Assembly (NCBI GenBank): GCA_965644295.1
Contig: CBFFRP010000616.1
Coordinates: 62,001-126,000 of the forward strand
DNA length: 64,000 bases
Direction: 5' to 3'
Origin: Paraphysomonas bandaiensis
Taxonomy: Eukaryota; Protista; Chrysophyceae
Part shown: piece after piece, positions 1 through 12,310 of the stretch
Layout: each line of letters starts with the position of its first letter
How positions within the stretch are numbered: the first letter of the stretch is position 1
Translations under genes and position numbers: made by a program
The notes under the pieces: model-generated
What the model saw: only the letters and a program-made list of their open reading frames with translations
Told to the model about the DNA's origin: nothing
The model's database searches: none

Positions 1-1466
1 GGCACAAGGGTGCAGCGTAATTCCTCAGCAGATACGCCAGCCGCTTCTCAGCTGGCAGTAGAGAGTGGCGCCTTTGCCCTCCCTCATCCCTTCAAGACTG
101 ACGGTGCTGTGGCCGCCAATTACAGGTGCACACTCATATCTCTCTTTCCTCTTTCTGAGGGAGTTGGATGGTGGTTTCAGGCAGTACGGTGCGCATGAGG
201 CGGCGACAGACATGAGTCTATGCGAGGATGCTTACTTCGTTATTGGTGTAGAAACGCCATGCAAGGGGACGCAGGTAGGCTAACTCCACGAGATGGTATA
301 CTGCCTAACAGTATGTGCAGGTGTATGCCTGTGTGGCTGATGGCGTCGGTAGCTGGAGACAATATGGAATAGATCCGCGGCTGTACGCCAAAAGGTCTCC
401 TCCTTTAGTGCTTCACTTTTTACTCTTATCGAATTGCAGACTCGTGGAGAACGCCCAGACGGTAATAGAATCTGAGAGCAAGGGGAGGTTGGAGGCAACC
501 TCACTGTTCGGCCAAGACTTGGGTATAGAGTCTGAGGCATTGCACCCCTATGACATTATCATGGAAGCGTGGCACATAACCTCAGCTGAAAAGGTTCAAG
601 GTAGCTCCACCATATGCGTGGCTACTGTCGACTACAACCTCAGTCAGCTGTTGTACTCTAATGTTGGCGATGGCGGATTGATGGTTCTCCGCCACATTGA
701 CTCTGAGACAGCGGGGTATATGCGAGACAGACATATGCCCCGCGACATGCGCAAACACGATCTCCGAGTTGCATATCTTTCCCAGCAGCAGCTTCGATCA
801 TTCAACCTACCCTTCCAGCTCGGCTACATGTAAGTCCCTGTCCTGTCATCTCTGTCGCACTCTTCATTAGTATCGCAGCGACAGCGAAACAGATTATGAA
901 GGATCCTTTGAATCTCCTGTTGATGCTGACACAGGTTGGTGTATACTGCACTACTTCAGCTCAGCTTACAGTTGATTTTGCACAGCTTCCATTCCGGTGC
1001 TTCCAGGTGATATTATCATCCTTGCGACAGATGGGCTGTTCGATAATGTGGAGCTCAGTAAGTTTCTTTTACGAAGTTTACCTTTCCTTCTCTAACGAAC
1101 TATGCAGCTGATATTATCAGTATAGTGGGACAGTGGGAAAATAAGCACTTCCCACCGTCTGCAAAGTACCCCGTCAAGGGCGAGGTGCGTGGGCATTTAA
1201 AGTTGATAATTTCTTATGTGGGTTATGGCGTGTATGTGTAGGCTCTCAAGTATCCCCTGCAACACAGCGGTGCCTCCTCTGGAGACACAGTGTGTGCTGA
1301 ATTGGCTGAAACGTTGGTGCGCATTGCCCGACAGTATTCTCTGGACTCGAGCCGCGATTCTCCCTTCGCTGTCCTTGCCAAGGAGAACGATATAATGTGG
1401 GGAGGCGGTATGCCGGATGATACCTCTGTCGTGGTAATGAGAGTAGTCTCATCGACGTCACCATGA
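1..1466 (+). CDS. PTC7: PP2C-family protein phosphatase, PTC7/PPTC7 type (multi-exon, 5' end outside window)
   Basis: Exons give the PP2C/PTC7 motifs in order: CEDAYF, VADGVGSW, GSSTICVA, NVGDGGLMV, QQLRSFNLPFQLG, DIIILATDGLFDNV, ARQYSLD..RDSPF, GGGMPDDTSVVV. Stop TGA at 1464-1466; short GT..AG introns separate the blocks. Confidence 0.9.
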
Positions 1467-2093
1467 GTGTGGCCAGTCGACACTTACATCCTACCACCTT
1501 CTCAGCTCATCCCTTTCAGCGGTCACTTCTAGAGTCTAATCACGGGTGGAAATATGCGTGTAAAACCAGCCCCTACTAAATAGCATCGCGGTGAATTTAT
1601 TTTTGGGTGGTTCAGATACTTCGTATAGAGTAGAATTATTTGTCAGTAGTTTAGGTTTCTATCATGGAATGCATTTGAGTGACTTGCCTTCACACTATAT
1701 TGCTTTTAATTTAAGATGTTTTGAACCGATTTCCGGAAGCTGTGTATTTTTTTTATATTGTGCACGAGTTGCATATTATAGTAAGTTCTGTGATATACGA
1801 CGTCCCTTTAACTTTTTCGAGATCACTTTTCTTACTTGGTGATAAAATTTTACAGAATTTTATTGGAAACTATAAAATATATAATTGAAATTTGACATAA
1901 CTGCATAAATAACGCAGAAATTGACGGGAAGATATAAAAATGAGACGAGGTAATAATAAAGAGTTTGAGTTCAACAATGACAAGATTAATCAGAAGTGTT
2001 TATGATATTCACCGCTCGCATCTTAACAGCACTCTTCACCCATGAATTAATGATATTTTGACCAACGTTCATCACTCTTATATTCTTTTGTGT

Positions 2094-2986
2094 CCCTCAA
2101 CAAAGTCGGACTTGCACCTTTGCGTAGTGTTCAGAGGGGGATAAGTGATAAGTACTGGAGATATTCTCTCTGGGAAACTAACGGGAGCCGTAAACATAGA
2201 CAGGAGATATTGTTCTGTCCACTCATAGCCTAATGCTCGTTTCACCTATATATACTAGTAGTATAAGTGTCACTTGTGTAGACGCCGTTGGGCCTTGACG
2301 AATAAACAGGCATCCGGGATGGCGCACCTGAAGAGCTGAAGAGAATCTGGGGTGTTGGGCTGGCTGCTGATGTCAATCATTCGGGCTATTCACCTTAACG
2401 ACTCAAAAAACCTTAAGTCAGCAGATGTTAAAAGTATATATCAACATTCTGCTTGCTCACGGCGTTTGCTTTGAGTGATAGAGCAAAAGTGGTGCTTGCG
2501 GCAACGCACAAGCAGCTTTCGTAGTGTTAAATAATAGGATAATAGAGTTTGTACGTTTGTGCACTAGTTTTAGTTACAGGTAGACGTCTATCTTAGATAG
2601 CTAGTAGCTAGTAGAGACTAGTTTTCATCTCTACTAGCTACTATAAGCTGGTACGGATTCTTAACGCCTATTGTTAATAATAAGCCTATCAACACATATT
2701 GTTTTGTGTGCTCTTGATGATGTACTTGAGCATTTTGAATATACCTGATATCTGCTGACTTCAGCAGCAGGCAGCCCAAAACCCCGGTTACTCTTGATGT
2801 GGTCCCATTCCTGGATGCCTGATTATTCGTCAAGGTCCAAAAAGACGTCTCTACACAATGTTGAGTTCTGCTATATATGGGAGCAATTGAAACCTGTAGA
2901 TATAAGGTATTTAAATTACAGTAGTATTCAATTGTAGTGTGAGAACAAGTTAATGACGATAAGTATATATAGTGGTAAAACGGAAT
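2094..2986 (+). repeat. Dispersed repeat family A, composite copy (unit A plus an internal inverted fragment)
   Basis: Near-identical reverse complement at 8433-9275, with shorter relatives at 9674-9973 and 15836-16330. About 2276-2375 recurs inverted at about 2757-2856. Confidence 0.85.
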
Positions 2987-3165
2987 ATAGTGACGATGAT
3001 GCAAGTTGTAGTGACGAAGTAAGATCGTACGAGAAATGAGTGGTAGTAGAGAGACAACATGAAATTGATGAAAGATAAGAGATATTGATTATAATTTATA
3101 ATTCTCAGCATTGAGTATAAGAAGAAGTTACGTTCTGTTGTTAAGTTAATACTTCTCATATAATA

Positions 3166-3520
3166 ATGTCAAACTTTGATAATATGGTAGCGGATGGTAG
3201 TTTCGCAAGTGGTTCGGAATGGAAACACCTTCCGAAGTTCGATCAGTTCGGTGTTGTGAACTGGACGAGGCGATTGAGAGTTTGGCTCATGAGGAAGAAC
3301 CGGAATCATCTTGGACTGGAGGGACGACCGCATCGACCTGCTGACAATATGCGTCCCCACAGCTGTGTAAAACAAGTATAAGGATGACCTCGACAAGTGG
3401 TTGGAGAGGAAAGACACCTGCATCAGTTCCATCTTTGAAGCTGTTTAACCTGTGGCGGAGGCTCTCGAAATTGTCGATCAATACTTCCGAGAGAAGGACA
3501 TGCTTCCACTTGATGATCCT
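3166..3520 (+). pseudogene. Probable Ty1/Copia gag N-terminal fragment, frameshifted and truncated
   Basis: MSNFDN..LPKFDQFGVVNWTRRLRVWL, then in another frame YKDDLDKWLERKDTCISSIFEA. This resembles the F..NW..R..L / W..D..I pattern at the start of copia Gag. It is bracketed by a ~45-bp direct repeat (3134-3181, 3520-3564). Confidence 0.4.
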
Positions 3521-4724
3521 CTGTTGTTAAGTTAATACTTCTCATATAATGTCAAACTTTGATACACAAGTGACACTTATATTAGTGTCTCTTGTACCGC
3601 ACACAAGCATTGACCTCGTCGCCAAAATTACACCTGCCTAGATTGGTAAGAATAATATGATTTCCAAACTACTGATAGACATCTTTAAACTAGAGAAGGG
3701 TATTGAGCATTACATATACGCTATGGATCGAGCTGAACTTAGTCTTGTAGCTCAAGGTCAAGAGGAAAGAAACGTGTAGTCGACCATCATACAATAAAAA
3801 AGAAATTTATAACGAGAGGTAAACCTTCCCGCCATTATAGCAGCCATTACAATAGCCATTAAGGGCAATAAATGACCATAATCTTTAATAATTTCCAAGT
3901 TCTAATTCAAATATGTCCTTATACTAAATATAGTAAATAATTGCAAACTTCCAGCGACCAGCTAGCATGTTAGAATTGGACTTTTCACTGAAGTTAACTT
4001 TGCTCTACACGTAAACCGTAATCTTGCTATGTTGAACACAATGCACTTTCAAGTAAGAAATTATTATTCTGAACACTTCACTGCATATATATTCGTGTAA
4101 CATATGTTGAAACGTCTGTTTATCATATGTTCATCAGTCAGTTCTATATCTTGTGTAGTCACACATCAGTAACTAACTTTAATTTCTTTATATCTATAAT
4201 CACCCGTTACACCTATGAGTTGACTTCATCTATTGCACACTATTAACTCACTTCAATTGCACAATATATATCACATCATATTGAAGAACTCAACATAGCA
4301 ATTATTACGTATATTCCATTCAATTAATCATTACGCAGCAGTCTTGATGGTTTGTAATCAGCAATATAATACTAGTCATTAACCACTTCGCTTGCAAGCA
4401 ATATATTGTTTCCTTGCCCTGATAAGTTCCCTGTAGGGTACCACGATTATTTGTTATCTATATATATTGAAGAATATGTCTTCGCCATAATGTTGTGACA
4501 GAAATAATGTTGTTGACTAAGTTATTTCAAAACGCAACTTCCTCAATGAGTATGATTATGACAATCTAATTATAACGCTTAACTTACAATTATGATTCGA
4601 CAGCAGTCATCTATGAATACATTTTTATTGCTGTATTCGTTTTCAAGAAAGAGATCACATCAAAAGTCCGTCTAACTTTATAATCCAAACGTGCACAACA
4701 TTGCGATGCAATGAACTACTGTGG

Positions 4725-6163
4725 CTAGATATCATTCAAATCTCCGTCATCATTATCGTCAGCAAGATCCACACCAAAGACAGAAAAATCATGCGCTGAC
4801 ACCGTCGGAGCCATGGCGAGAACTGGGTGAGAGTGTGGTGATCGATGTGACTCCACCAAAAGGGGTGAAGGGGCTCGAACAATCTCATCAGGAGCTGGAA
4901 GTTCAGACCTGTCATCTTCACCTGATCAAACCCATTGTTACACACACCAGCTGTAGTAAATCGCAATCGTTGCGAGCAGGAATGCACGTATAAATCATTG
5001 TCACGTACCCTGGGTCAGAATGAGCGATTCCGCGAATCTGAAAGAGTCTAGCGCGGCGTATGGAGGACCGCTACTATCATCTCCTCCGTCATCACTGTTG
5101 TATTCTTGAGTTATGATTAAACTTTCCGCATAACGGAAGCTATCAATTGCCCGGCTCTTTATTGCACCTAGAATACCCGCCATAGTCAGCATGCCATCGG
5201 CTGACCCGGTGGTGGAACATTGCATAAGCTGTTCTTTAGTCTGGGGGGGATCAGAACACTGTCGCTGCCCACTATCCTCATTTCCCCCAGGTGACGAATC
5301 CAACTCCTCACCAGTTGAAGGGTCGATGCCAAATACATTGAACTGGCCACTGTAAGGTTTGAAATCCGAAGCAACCAGAGGAGCCTCACGCCCACCTATA
5401 TGAAACGCGAAACGAGGGGTGCATCAGAAAAGAATTCAAGCCAACAGCGGTACCCTCACCTGTGTGGGATTCTATCATGGTCATCACAGCGGGGCAAGAC
5501 CGCACTCTCACCGGAGGCCTCTTAGATGGTTGCAGCTTGTCTTCCTCGTCCGTCCCCTTACCTTCAGGAATTGACACACATTTACTCCTTTGCTCATCAT
5601 GCAAGCGAGAAACGGTCTGTAAATACTTATCGCGACTAATAATATCTTTACTCTCCCCAGCAGGACCGACAGATAGAACAGCACTTTCATGATCTGCCGC
5701 CCAGGACCCTGCACACGCATAGGCCCATGTAAGGTCTAACTATGAGCACAGGAATGATCTCACCGCTTCTGGCTCTACTCTCTTTCTTCAACGCATATCC
5801 ACTGCTCTCAGATGAATACCGGCCGACCATTCCCTGCATGGCGGCTCCTCTTTGTCTGATAGGTATGGATGTGGAGGGTGGAGGGGATGCACGGGATACA
5901 GAGGGGTCAGCAGAGGGTCTCATTGAGGTGAACTTATGACGCTCTCGCACTAATATCTGATCCCTCAGCTGCTCCTCAGTCCGAATGAGGTGCTGCTTAT
6001 CCACACGCAGCTGAGAGAGTTTTGGCTCCCAGAAAGATGTTTTATTGTCGTTAAGTATGTGAGCCTCCGCCTCCTCTATACCACACTCCAGCACACTCAG
6101 ATCACTCAACACACGATCAAGAAGAGACCGGAGATCACGCAACTCCCTGTCGATAGAGGACAT
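4725..6163 (-). CDS. Hypothetical multi-exon protein with N-terminal coiled coil and low-complexity acidic C-terminus
   Basis: Exon 1 MSSIDRELRDLRSLL..LSQLRVDKQHLIRTEEQLRDQ (heptads) ends at a GTGAG donor. Further exons are GSWAADHES..VSIPE, ..DSFRYAESLII..DSFRFAESLILTQ and GEDDRSEL..DDNDDGDLNDI*, with stop at 4725-4727. Internal boundaries are approximate. Confidence 0.55.
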
Positions 6164-6242
6164 GCTGCGGGTGAAGGCTTATGATGGTTTATATATGCTA
6201 TCGATGAACAAGATATGAACAAGACTACTACACTGCACATGA

Positions 6243-6757
6243 ATGTATGTATGTATGTATGTATGTATGTATGTATGTATGTATGGTATGTATGTATGTA
6301 TGTATGTATGTATGTATGTATGTATGTATGTATGTATGTATGTATGTATGTATGTATGTATGTATGTATGTATGTATGTATGTATGTATGTATGTATGTA
6401 TGTATGTATGTATGTATGTAGGTATGTATGTATGTAGGTATTATGTATGTATGTATGTATGTATGTATGTATGTATGTATGTATGTATGTATGTATGTAT
6501 GTATGTATGTATGTATGTATGTATGTAGGTAGGTAGGTAGGTAGGTAGGTAGGTAGGTAGGTAGGTAGATAGGTAGGTATGTGTATGTATGTAGGTATGT
6601 ATGTATGTATGTATGTATGTATGTATGTATGTATGTATGTATGTATGTATGTATGTATGTAGGTAGGTAGGTAGGTAGGTAGGTAGGTAGGTAGGTAGAT
6701 AGGTAGGTATGTGTATGTATGTAGGTATGTATATTAATATATGGTTATGTGTATGTA
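6243..6757. repeat. Compound (TATG)n/(TAGG)n microsatellite
   Basis: About 500 bp of tetranucleotide repeats; the TATG-to-TAGG block with its GATAGG..GTGTATG tail occurs twice. Confidence 0.97.
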
Positions 6758-6776
6758 TCTGTAGTGTGTTAGTAGG

Positions 6777-7906
6777 ATGATATCTTGTCCCTGCTGTGGG
6801 AAGATGTTTACTCATATGAGCATATCAGGGCATGTGGAATACTGTTTGTCTCGATCAGAGGAACACAGAGAGAAGGAGAACGCCCGCCCCCCCTCTGTGT
6901 CTGCTGATGGTCCAGTTAAGAGAAAGAGGCTCAAGCTGTCCTCGACATCGACATTAGGAGCATCAGATAAAAGCACTTCTGCTAAAGCCTCGCCTTCTTC
7001 CTCAGTGGCCCCTCTTGCCCCTACTATAGTCTCGTCCTCATCCTCAGTGGCTCCTCTTGCCCCTTCTAAAGCCTCGTCCTCTTTATCGTACGACTGTGCT
7101 ACTCCAGTTGCTTCGTCGCACTTCTTTAACAACATATCTTTTTCGGTATGATTTGGCTATTATTCATACGTGATGACATGTTGTGATATCAGGAAATACA
7201 CTTTGCACCTGAGGACAAGATATCCATTGCAGAGAAAGGGGTGAAGCGTAGTTTGGATATCAACGAAAAGCTGTTTAAGTATGTTTTTCGCCTTCCCCCT
7301 ATGGTGGAATGTTCTTGTGATGATGACACCAAAACGGATGATGAGGAGATGGAATGTTATCATTTCGGATTTAGATGGTGGTGTTATAATAAAAAAGTGC
7401 TAGGCTCCCTCGAGCCATCAGTGGACCGACTAACAGAAGGAGAGGGAGTTGCTGTGGTAATACGGAGTGGGGGTGCTACAATGAGAGATGCACCGGACAT
7501 CGATACTTCCTCTGTAGTGGGAAGGCTTGCCTCAGGAGCACTATTTCTGTTTACTGAGACGCTAGTGCTTCCTGCTCCAGATGATGAATGTGTTCCAGTG
7601 ACCCGGCTGCGAGGTCGCCCAGCAGATATGAGTGCGCATCTCGACCATTCTGGAGAAATTTGGGTGTCTCTCACAGGTCGCACTGTGGATGACCACGCTC
7701 CCATTCTAGAGATACTGTCAATGCCTACTCCCCGTCTCCAACAAAATCAACGAACCGAGCCTTCGCCCTCTGTTTTGACTGACAGAAAAACTCCAAGCAT
7801 TCTTAGAGCCAAAAGCTGTCCTCTATGCGACATGCCGTTTGAGAGGAACGTGACTCTTTCAGAAAGAGAGGGTCACCTGGCCGAATGCTGTGCGTGGGGC
7901 ATGTGA
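6777..7906 (+). CDS. ~360-aa protein with N- and C-terminal C2HC (UBZ-like) zinc fingers; 2 exons (6777-7145, 7193-7906)
   Basis: N-terminal CPCCGKMF..ISGHVEYCL (Rad18/UBZ4-like) and C-terminal CPLCDMPF..REGHLAECC. A 47-nt GT..AG intron (7146-7192) joins the two track ORFs in frame; KRKR is an NLS-like patch. Confidence 0.7.
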
Positions 7907-8432
7907 TACGATAGATTTAGCACCGTCTACTACATTTATACTGTGTACATACATTGTTATAAGCTTCTGTAATAGCACATGAACATGTTTATTTTCAATT
8001 ATGTATGTTCGACATACCAGCATTACTACGCTGTTACAATCGATTGTAAGGTTTGTCGAATAGGATGTGATTACATAAAAATAAAAGTTTTTTTCTCTGG
8101 TAATAGCTATTTATTGGCTCATCATGTTGGATAAAATGTCTTGTAATACAACCGTAGTTTCCAAATGCTTAATTTGAAGAGAACACAAACTAACATCATA
8201 GATGACGACTCCTTCAACTAAAATATCGATCTATGGGTGATGAGTGACTACGTTCTAGTCTAAAAGTATTGTTTGTCGCAGTGAATGTTTGATTATTAGC
8301 AATAGGCGTCAATTCTTAAATCTGATATATCCTACTATTTAGCGCTACGAAAACTGCTTGTGCGTCGTCGTAAACACAAAGGCGCAGCCACTTTAGCTCT
8401 ATCACTCAAAGCCAATGTCATGAGTAAGCAGA

Positions 8433-9275
8433 ATTCCGTTTTACCACTATATACTTATCGTCATTTATTCTCACAGTACGATTATAACAAGACTACAATT
8501 GAATACTACTGTAATTTAAATACCTTATATCTACAGGTTTCAATTGCTCTCATATATAGCAGAACTCAACATTGTGTAGAGACGTCTTTTTGGGCCTTGA
8601 CGAATAATCAGGCATCCAGGAATGGGCCCACATCAAGAGTAACCGGGGTTTTGGGCTGCCTGCTGCTGAAGTCAGCAGATATCAGGTATATTCAAAATGC
8701 TCAAGTACATCATCAAGAGCACACAAAACAATATGTGTTGATAGGCTTATTATTAACAATAGGCGTTAAGAATCCGTACCAGTTTTTAGTAGCTAGATGA
8801 AAACTAGTTTCTACTAGCTACTAGCTACTAGCTATCTAAGATAGACGTCTACCTGTAACTAAAACTAGTGTACAAACGTACAAACTCTATTATCCTATTA
8901 TTTAACACTACGAAAGCTGCTTGTGCGTTGCCGCAAGCACCACTTTTGCTCTTTCACTCAAAGCAAACGCCGTGAGCAAGCAGAATGTTGATATACCTGA
9001 CATCTGCTCACTTCAGGTTTTTTGAGTCGTTAAGGTGAATAGCCCGGATGATTGACATCAGCAGCCAGCCCAATACCCCAGATTCTCTTCAGCTCTTCAG
9101 GTGCGCCCATCCCGGATGCCTGTTTATTCGTCAAGGCCCAACGATGTCTACACAAGTGACACTTATACTAGTGTATATAGGTGAGTATATATTGCGCGGC
9201 TGGCGTAAATCTCCGGTACTTATCACTTATCCCTCTGAACACTACGAAAAGGTGCGAATTCGACTTTGTTTAGGG
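8433..9275 (-). repeat. Dispersed repeat family A, composite copy inverted relative to 2094-2986
   Basis: Reverse-complement match to 2094-2986; the track ORFs 2618-3004(-) and 8360-8800(+) translate almost identically. Another partial fragment lies at about 8295-8432. Confidence 0.85.
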
Positions 9276-9673
9276 TATTGTTTGCCAGAATTGTGTTTAT
9301 ATTGTTGAAATTTATGCAATAACTTATGTTCCCCACTCTGAACTTAACAGCATGACGCGATCTGGACTAGCTGATAGTGTGTAAAAAGTACGCATCGCCA
9401 AAGAGAAAATCCTATTGGTCGTATCAAATGTTGACATGTTTGGTTATATTATATGGTTTAAAAACATAATCAACTGAATTTGATATATTTTCAATGCTTG
9501 AATTATAAATAAATTATAATCAATAGCACTTTTATCATTAATTATTGTCATTCGCCAAATCATGTTCAAACTAACAATCATATTCATATAGGATTTTAGA
9601 TAGACTATCACGATACTTCAACTCTATTAAACTAAATAATAGTAAGTACGAAAGCGTCACAAAACTTCAATCG

Positions 9674-9973
9674 CCCTCAACAGAGTCGGACTCGCACCTT
9701 TTCGTAATGTTCCGGGGGATAAGTACCGGAGATATTTCTCAGGGAAGCTAACGTCATCCGTAAACATAGACAGCAGATATTATTGTTCTGCCCACTCACA
9801 GCCTCTAATTATCGTTTCGAACTAAGGACACTAATATAAGTGTCACTTGTGTAAACATCTTCTTGGGCCCTGGAATGGGCCCGCCTGAAGGGAATCCGGG
9901 GTATTGGAGCGTTAAATAGTAGGATATTAGAGTTATGCATTCACTCTTAACTCTTACACGCCTATTTTGCTAG
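9674..9973 (+). repeat. Family A, internally deleted and diverged copy
   Basis: Starts CCCTCAACAGAGTCGGACTCGCACC like the copies at 2094 and 15836, and shares the ATAAGTGTCACTTGTGTA and TTAAATAGTAGGATA blocks. Confidence 0.75.
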
Positions 9974-10140
9974 TAATCAAACATTCACTAGTAGTGGATT
10001 GTCAATATTTTATCGTTGTTGAAATTTAAGTCGACTGCATAGAAAGTGTCACTTCGTGTTATTCTTTTCAACTAAGAGATTCTTATTTCCGGGGTTCTAT
10101 TCACTATGAAAACAGAAACAACATGAGGGCATACGCAGGA

Positions 10141-10446
10141 TGGTTCAAAGCGGCTGTATAATATAGTGGTAATAGACACTGTTAATATACACTATACACC
10201 AGCTGTGCCCCTGTTATACGTAGCAGTTACAATTTACCCCAAAGTAAAATAGCAGTTGCAGCAGACACTATAATACAATACAAGTATCTTCTTCTGTAGT
10301 ATTTACATTATAATAAGATATACTATTTTCAGGTTTATTTATATAATTTTTAAGAAAAATTATAAAATAAAAATTGAGAATTATAATTTTTAGTATCAAA
10401 ACATATCATTAAATATACCCAGAAGGACGATTGATAAAAGTACTAT
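10141..10446 (-). repeat. Repeat family B, uninterrupted copy (contains the empty LINE target site at 10283-10295)
   Basis: Reverse complement of 16347-16509 joined to 17878-18021. Confidence 0.85.
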
Positions 10447-10495
10447 GCAATATAAAAGATAAAGATCGACGTATTACTATATATTAAGCACCAAA

Positions 10496-10882
10496 TGTAA
10501 TCTTTCTGATGAGAAAGACCGTGTTTACAACGTTTTATATGAATTTAAAGTGCTTCCCAAACCGAGAATACACTGTCCAGAACACCAAACCGGTGAAACT
10601 GCCTCCTAACACAAGCAAACCGCGAGTATAGAATGAATTAAATTACGTTAAAACGTGTAAAGAAAAAGTGAAATCATACAACACTCTATCTTGCTGTGAA
10701 TCATCTACAGTTTACAGTATCATACTTGTACATATACGGGACTTATATCCCTTCAAGAATACAGTAACCGCAATGTATACTAAATAAACTGAAAATGAAA
10801 GTACAACAGCATGCTACCTAGAGTACCGCAGTATAACACCGTATAACTCCACGTATAACAGTAACTACAGGTATGCGTGACA
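10496..10882 (-). repeat. 3' LTR (387 bp)
   Basis: Identical by eye to 15162-15548; reads TGTCAC...TTACA on the minus strand. Confidence 0.95.
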
Positions 10883-10899
10883 CTACCCCTTCTCCCTCC
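10883..10899 (-). other. Polypurine tract
   Basis: GGAGGGAGAAGGGGTAG immediately precedes the 3' LTR on the minus strand, which fixes the element's orientation. Confidence 0.85.
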
Positions 10900-11137
10900 A
10901 GCTAGAGAAAAGAAATAGGAATACATATCTGGGATAGATAGAAGTAACACTTGTATCAGCCAATATAGCGTCATTCCAAGCATTAGCAAATAAATATCCA
11001 ATTCATGAAATAAAAGTAATAAACATACGTAGAGCAATATTATATAATAATAAGTATGAATAATAGTATGAATGTTATAATATATATATGTGATATAATC
11101 ATGAAATAAATATTAAATAAATAAAAGTAATCAACAA

Positions 11138-12310
11138 TTAGAGAAGAATAGTAGGATATTGTTGGCAGAATGCAGCATCCACCAATACCTTAGTAGAAGG
11201 ATCAAATTCCGTGACTCGACCATAGCAGTGAACGTCATAGGCACTCCATTCATATGTAGATTGAAACAAAGGGCAATAGAGGTCTATACGTAACTGGCGA
11301 CGGCCAACCCACCGCACATAAGAACATTCGACAACATACATCGTTGTATAACAATTCGGCAGATTAAGTTCATCATAGAAATCTGAACCCCATGCACGCA
11401 AATCTACATAAATTGTTTGACCAGGTGACACCCCTTCGATAGGTATACGTTTCAAACGTGCACGTTCAGATTTTGCCATAGCAGCAGAAAACAACAGAGG
11501 GAACAATTGAGGTTTCTGCTCACAGAACGACTGAAATTGCGAGGTGGAAGCAATATCCTGTGACCATGGAAGCCATAATAACGAACCATCCTCAAACTGA
11601 ACTTGGAATTCCATTCGAGAACGAACCTCCGGATCTCCTCGGTATGCAATCACAGCAACCACAGTATACTGGTTAAAATCAATTTGCGCAACACGATATG
11701 CCTGCTCAGGCGTACCAAAGAACGGTTTGAGCCATGACATGTGCTACACAACTTCAAAACGCATCACAACATGCATGCATGTGACATCAGCCTTATACGT
11801 GGATACCACTTCGTAAGGACCTTTGAAACGAGGGTATAATTTATTGGGCTTGTGCTGAGTTGGATCCAGCCGCAACAAAACTAAATCACCAGGCTGATAT
11901 TCGTTCAAAGTATGTGCAGGCGTGGCAGACTTGCGCTTGTCTTGGATCTTGCGCTGAACATCCATGGCAACCGCTCGAATCTTCTGTAAGTTCTCATTCA
12001 AAATAGACACATAACCCGCAGCAGAAGATTCATCCATAGTCAGTTCACCCAAACGAAAATATGGAATATCAACGGTACCAAACACATATTGAAAAGGAGA
12101 GAGTCCAGTCTCACTACTGACTTCATCATTCAAAATGAACTGAATCAACATGTAACACTCAATGTCCCCCCATGAATCTTGCAACCTCTCATCGTGGACT
12201 AAACCCTGTAGAAATCACAACAGCTCTCGATGAGATCGCTCGACCATATTAGACTCATGACGATTAGTTAATGACACTCGAAATCGAACTTCAAACCACT
12301 TCAATAGAAA
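11138..12310 (-). pseudogene. Integrase remnant: end of the catalytic core, GPY/F module, chromodomain-like domain and C-terminal extension
   Basis: HESNMVERSHRELL* (catalytic Glu region), ETGLSPFQYVFG, YQPGDLVLL..KLYPRFKGPYEVV*, then YTVVAVIAYRG..MEFQVQFEDG..WLPW. In-frame stops at 12215-12217 and 11744-11746. Confidence 0.8.

Noticed and set aside
6215-6815. MYVC- and HTYI-repeat ORFs
   Set aside because: They are translations of the TATG microsatellite.
2618-8800. Two near-identical ORFs (2618-3004 minus, 8360-8800 plus)
   Set aside because: Both lie in the inverted repeat copies, differ at both ends and show no protein motif; they are probably non-coding.
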